Part shown: piece by piece, positions 60,071 through 64,000 of the stretch
Numbering within the stretch: position 1 is the first letter of the stretch
Layout of the letters: each line of letters starts with the position of its first letter
Source of the DNA: Candidatus Babeliales bacterium
Lineage (GTDB): Bacteria; Babelota; Babeliae; Babelales; JBFXEV01
Length of the DNA: 64,000 nt
Assembly (NCBI GenBank): GCA_050179755.1
Contig: JBFXEV010000001.1
Span: 41,994 to 105,993, forward strand
Direction: 5' to 3'
Notes under the pieces: model-generated
The model's database searches: none
What the model was told of the DNA's origin: nothing
What the model saw: the letters and a program-made list of their open reading frames with translations, nothing else
Made by a program: the position numbers and the translations under genes

Positions 60071-62406
60071 CGTACTGTTGCTCCCAAGGTTGCAAGCTCA
60101 CGCATGACTGCCTGGCCAATTGCATCAATATCATCTTTTTGCAATGTTTTAACCGCGTCGCGCGCAGAAAAACGTAGAGTAATTGACCGCTTATTGCCCC
60201 ACTCAGGCCTTTCAAAATAATCAACTAATGCAACATTAAATATACGCGCATCTGCCTGACGCACAACCTTTTCAAGTTGTGCAACTGTTACCGTGTTCGG
60301 CACAAAAAAACTAACATCACGAGAGCTATCTTGATAAACAGGCAATGGCACGTAACGCTTTTCCTTCGTTTTTGCAGAAGTAATAAAGTCACCATCTAAT
60401 TCAAAAACAAGCGCATGACCTTGTGCAACAGTAGCCAGCATGGTTGGATGCGCAATGCCCATCATACCTATAATATAGGTGCCACAATGAAGCGTTGCTG
60501 TTTGATGAGGGTGATACCAAGGAAGCTCAGGTTTAGTTTTGTTAAACACAACATCAAAACCTAAAAATTTATACATTTGCTGCAACTGATTCTTAATTTC
60601 GTAGAAATTAATCAGATTATGCTGATCATATACAATTCCTGCAAGCATTTTTCGCTCAAGTACGTTACCCGTTTGGTCCAAATGCCATTGTCTGCCCCAT
60701 TCAAAAAAACGTAACTGAGTTGTGCCCACCGCGTTCTCTTGAATACAATGGAATAAATGCGGCGCCAGAGAAGTAACCATGCGGTACCAATTATCAGATA
60801 ATGGGTTTTTAATGGTTACGGCCCCTTTATCTGGCTGATACCCAAGTTGTTTTAAAAATTGCTCATCAAATACAGGATATTTTTTAACTTCATGAGCGCG
60901 AAGATTACTTGCAAGATACTGCGTTACAGCGCGTCGACGATCAACAGGCGTAAGATCACTTGGCATCATCGTGAACAATGGCAATTCAAGTGGAATATTA
61001 CCATAGCCATAAAACCTGCCAATTTCTTCCACAATGTCTTGCGGATGTGCAAATTCTTTTGTTGCTCTAAATGAAGGAACTATTACTTTGTAAGCAAGCT
61101 TACCTTCAAGTTGCTCACTATAAACCGTAAAATCTAATGGTGTAAGAATCTGTATTATTTGCTCTGAGGCAAGCTTTACTCCGAGCATGCGTTCAATATA
61201 GTCATGCGTAAGCATTATAGTTATTGGAGCTGGTTTCTTACCAAGCGAAATAATATCACTTGCCGCAACCAGTGAAATTTTTTGATCTTCAAATAGCTTA
61301 ATAAATCTTTGTATGCCAAGTACGTTCAATTGCGTATCAAGAGATTTTTCAAACCGCACTGATGCTTCTGTGCGCAATTTATGGCGTTGCGATGATTTAC
61401 GTATAGTTGCAGCTTCAAAAGTTGCTCCCTGCACTATTATTGAACGTGTTTGATGTGAGATAGCAGAACTTTTACCACCCATAATACCTGCAAGATCAAG
61501 TGGCTTGATGCCATTGGATATTACTAAATCATCAGAAGATAGTTCTATTGTTTGACCATCAAGAAGCGTTAATGGAGTGCCCTGTTTTGCAGTACGAACA
61601 ACAAGTTGTTTAGTTGCAACCACATCAGCATCAAATGCATGCAGTGGTTGCCCTATATCAAGCATCACATAGTTGGTAGCATCAACAATGCCATCAATTG
61701 GCCGCGCATCAACGCGGCATAACCTACTTACCATCCATACCCACGATGCATAATGACCTATGCCAGGTATACTTATGCCAGCAATACTTTTGCAGCGCGT
61801 TGGATCTTGAATTTCAAGCGTAAACGAATTTCCTTGAGTAGAGGAAGCATACCCATTATGCTCTTGCACATGATGTTGGGCAAAAAAATGATCTTCTGAT
61901 TTTAAAGATACGTCAAGGATTGCAGCAATTTCTCGCGCAAATCCACGGTGCGACCATAAATCAGGGCGATGAGTGATACTTGAATTATCAACATCCAGAA
62001 TATAATCGTGCGCATCAATTTCTTTTTGCCATGCACCTTCAAACTCTTTCTGTGAGCAGGTAATTGCAGGCATTAGACCATCTTTATTCGCATGGAAATC
62101 TAGGAGCGTAGACCATCTATAGGTAGCTTTTGCTTCCTTAGTTACAAAGTAAACTGCATCTTCAATAATATCTGAGCGCCTTGGCAATACTATATCAGTA
62201 TCAAATTGACCACAGGTAAGCGTAACTGATTCATCTGTTAAACTAGTTACACGCGCCAAGGTAAAATTATTTGCATTAAAAGTAATACGAGTAACGCCAT
62301 CAATTTCTGCGGTAGTGAGCGCTAACTTATGCACCAAATCATTAATATCATAATCGGTCATTGAAGCTGCAATATGGTCAAAAATCCAAGCAAGAGATAG
62401 TTTCAT
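60067..62406 (-). CDS. pheT: Phenylalanine--tRNA ligase beta subunit
   Basis: MKLSLAWI, HRPDL..HRG.ARE, VDATNYVM, RFEK, EEIGRFYGY and RDVSF. Confidence 0.93.
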   Translation of the reverse strand: MKLSLAWIFDHIAASMTDYDINDLVHKLALTTAEIDGVTRITFNANNFTLARVTSLTDESVTLTCGQFDTDIVLPRRSDIIEDAVYFVTKEAKATYRWSTLLDFHANKDGLMPAITCSQKEFEGAWQKEIDAHDYILDVDNSSITHRPDLWSHRGFAREIAAILDVSLKSEDHFFAQHHVQEHNGYASSTQGNSFTLEIQDPTRCKSIAGISIPGIGHYASWVWMVSRLCRVDARPIDGIVDATNYVMLDIGQPLHAFDADVVATKQLVVRTAKQGTPLTLLDGQTIELSSDDLVISNGIKPLDLAGIMGGKSSAISHQTRSIIVQGATFEAATIRKSSQRHKLRTEASVRFEKSLDTQLNVLGIQRFIKLFEDQKISLVAASDIISLGKKPAPITIMLTHDYIERMLGVKLASEQIIQILTPLDFTVYSEQLEGKLAYKVIVPSFRATKEFAHPQDIVEEIGRFYGYGNIPLELPLFTMMPSDLTPVDRRRAVTQYLASNLRAHEVKKYPVFDEQFLKQLGYQPDKGAVTIKNPLSDNWYRMVTSLAPHLFHCIQENAVGTTQLRFFEWGRQWHLDQTGNVLERKMLAGIVYDQHNLINFYEIKNQLQQMYKFLGFDVVFNKTKPELPWYHPHQTATLHCGTYIIGMMGIAHPTMLATVAQGHALVFELDGDFITSAKTKEKRYVPLPVYQDSSRDVSFFVPNTVTVAQLEKVVRQADARIFNVALVDYFERPEWGNKRSITLRFSARDAVKTLQKDDIDAIGQAVMRELATLGATVR

Positions 62407-62557
62407 AAAAAAGCTGCACTTTTTAAGTAAGTTTAAAAAAAGATAGTGATAGTTTACGCCAAAAGTAATGTTCAAGCAAACTTAACGGTTCCTCAACAAA
62501 ACCTTTGACTCTCCTAATGCCGCTATGCAATACTAATATCAAAGGGAGGGTTTTAAT

Positions 62558-62992
62558 ATGTACAAAAAAAAATATTTTATATTACTCGCACTCGTATTTC
62601 CACAATATCTTTCTGCCATGAACGCCACTAAAAATTATTCAGCAACAATTGAAAACCCAGGCACTGCATTGATAGTGATTCACGCACTACACACAAGCCA
62701 AGAAAAAGCATACATAAAAGTTCAAACCTGGCCGCACGATACAATTGAAATTCACGCGGAAGTAAATACTGCAGATATAGAGCTGCAAGAACGATACTAT
62801 GCTGAAGTCATATTTTATCCATGGCTGCAGGATCAAACCCAAGAAACCATTACCATAAGGCCTACGGTACCTGGAAATTACACTATATATGTGCCAAAAG
62901 GCTCTCTTCTACAAACGCTCAAAGGCCCAGCAATTTTTGAAATATCTGCCGCCCTACGCAAAGCGAGATCTTGCTCAAATTTGAATAAATAG
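62558..62992 (+). CDS. Hypothetical secreted protein
   Basis: GGAGG RBS, signal peptide and beta-rich sequence (YTIYVPK). Confidence 0.6.
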   Translation: MYKKKYFILLALVFPQYLSAMNATKNYSATIENPGTALIVIHALHTSQEKAYIKVQTWPHDTIEIHAEVNTADIELQERYYAEVIFYPWLQDQTQETITIRPTVPGNYTIYVPKGSLLQTLKGPAIFEISAALRKARSCSNLNK

Positions 62993-63054
62993 CCCTTTAA
63001 TGCTATTCTTATAGAGTCTCTTTAGGCTTTTACACAGCACTTTTAAGGATTTTT

Positions 63055-63975
63055 ATGGGCAAAATTTTAATATACTACAAATATACTGATATAGAAGATC
63101 CACACGCCATTATGCAGTGGCAACAAACACTTTGCAAAGAATTAGGCATAACAGGCCGAATCTTATTGGCCAAAGAGGGTATTAATGGCACCGTAGGCGG
63201 CACTGATGAAGCCACAGAGTCCTATAAAAAAGCCATGGCCGAACACCCGCTATTTGCTGATATGCCCATTAAGTCAAGCGAGGGTGGCGCCCATCATTTT
63301 CCTAAATTACGAGTTGCTGTCCGTAATGAAATTGTTACCTTGGGCCTTTCCCCTGATGAAATTAAAGCGACTGGTGAGCGCACGCACCTTTCTCCCGAGC
63401 AAGTACACGAACTTTTAAACAACAAACCAGAAGATTTAGTGATTCTGGATGCTCGCAACACGTATGAGTCTGCGATCGGCGCATTTAAAGACGCAGTGAT
63501 TCCTGATATAGAAAATTTTAGAGACTTTCCTCAATACATTAAAGACAATCTTGATAAGTTCAAAGATAAGCAAGTACTTATGTATTGTACTTCCGGTGTA
63601 CGTTGTGAACGCGCAACTGCCGTTCTTGAGCGAGAAAATGTAGCAAAATCCGTGCATCAAATTACTGGTGGCGTGCAATGTTATGCAGATAAATTTCCCG
63701 AAGGTCATTTCCGTGGTAAAAACTACGTGTTTGACGGCCGAATTGCCATGAAAGTAAATGAGGATGTACTTGGTTCTTGCTATATCTGCGCAAAACCATG
63801 GGACGATTATACCAATTGCCTCAACGTACTCTGTAACCGCCAACATTTAAGCTGCCCAACATGCATTGCAAAGCTTGAAAATACGTGCAGCAAAGAATGC
63901 CAAGAACTGGTAAAAAACGGTCTTGTAGAAATACGCGTAAGTCGCGCTCGAACAGAGCTTAAACATGACACTTAA
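63055..63975 (+). CDS. trhO: Rhodanese-related tRNA U34 hydroxylase (UPF0176)
   Basis: GRILLAKEGINGT, LDARN.YE..IG.F, YCTSGVRCE and YVFDGR. Confidence 0.9.
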   Translation: MGKILIYYKYTDIEDPHAIMQWQQTLCKELGITGRILLAKEGINGTVGGTDEATESYKKAMAEHPLFADMPIKSSEGGAHHFPKLRVAVRNEIVTLGLSPDEIKATGERTHLSPEQVHELLNNKPEDLVILDARNTYESAIGAFKDAVIPDIENFRDFPQYIKDNLDKFKDKQVLMYCTSGVRCERATAVLERENVAKSVHQITGGVQCYADKFPEGHFRGKNYVFDGRIAMKVNEDVLGSCYICAKPWDDYTNCLNVLCNRQHLSCPTCIAKLENTCSKECQELVKNGLVEIRVSRARTELKHDT

Positions 63976-64000
63976 TACTCAGACCGGTAAAACAAATTCC

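Overview
An AT-rich bacterial chromosome segment. Its content (ankyrin and WD40 proteins with signal peptides, secreted beta-helix proteins, paralogous beta-barrels, no amino-acid or nucleotide biosynthesis operons) suggests a host-associated lineage such as Ca. Dependentiae/TM6; this is inference only. Housekeeping genes include tmk, holB, murG, PBP1A, uppS, rsmA, mreB, glmU, sbcD, two PPIase-type chaperones, comF, pgpA, lspA, pheT, trhO and the RNase P RNA gene rnpB. The strongest candidate novel system is at 20774-27408. It comprises a secreted toxin-less 'carrier' paralogue, a 943-aa protein with the same carrier domain plus a Pro/Glu linker and a C-terminal PD-(D/E)xK nuclease, and five tandem diverged immunity-like paralogues. 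One of these is frameshifted, and two carry a copy of the toxin's 3' end. It lies divergently next to an archease-rtcB-thpR RNA-repair operon. Other points of interest: three tandem secreted beta-helix proteins (one fused to an AlkB-type 2OG-Fe(II) domain), eukaryote-like BC-box/F-box/NLS motifs, nested palindromic repeat families (one copy inside helix P12 of RNase P RNA), a degenerate orphan HEPN gene, a decayed hydrolase pseudogene and a 20-Cys four-helix protein. No rRNA, tRNA, CRISPR array or transposase was recognised. All calls come from reading motifs by eye, with no database searches.
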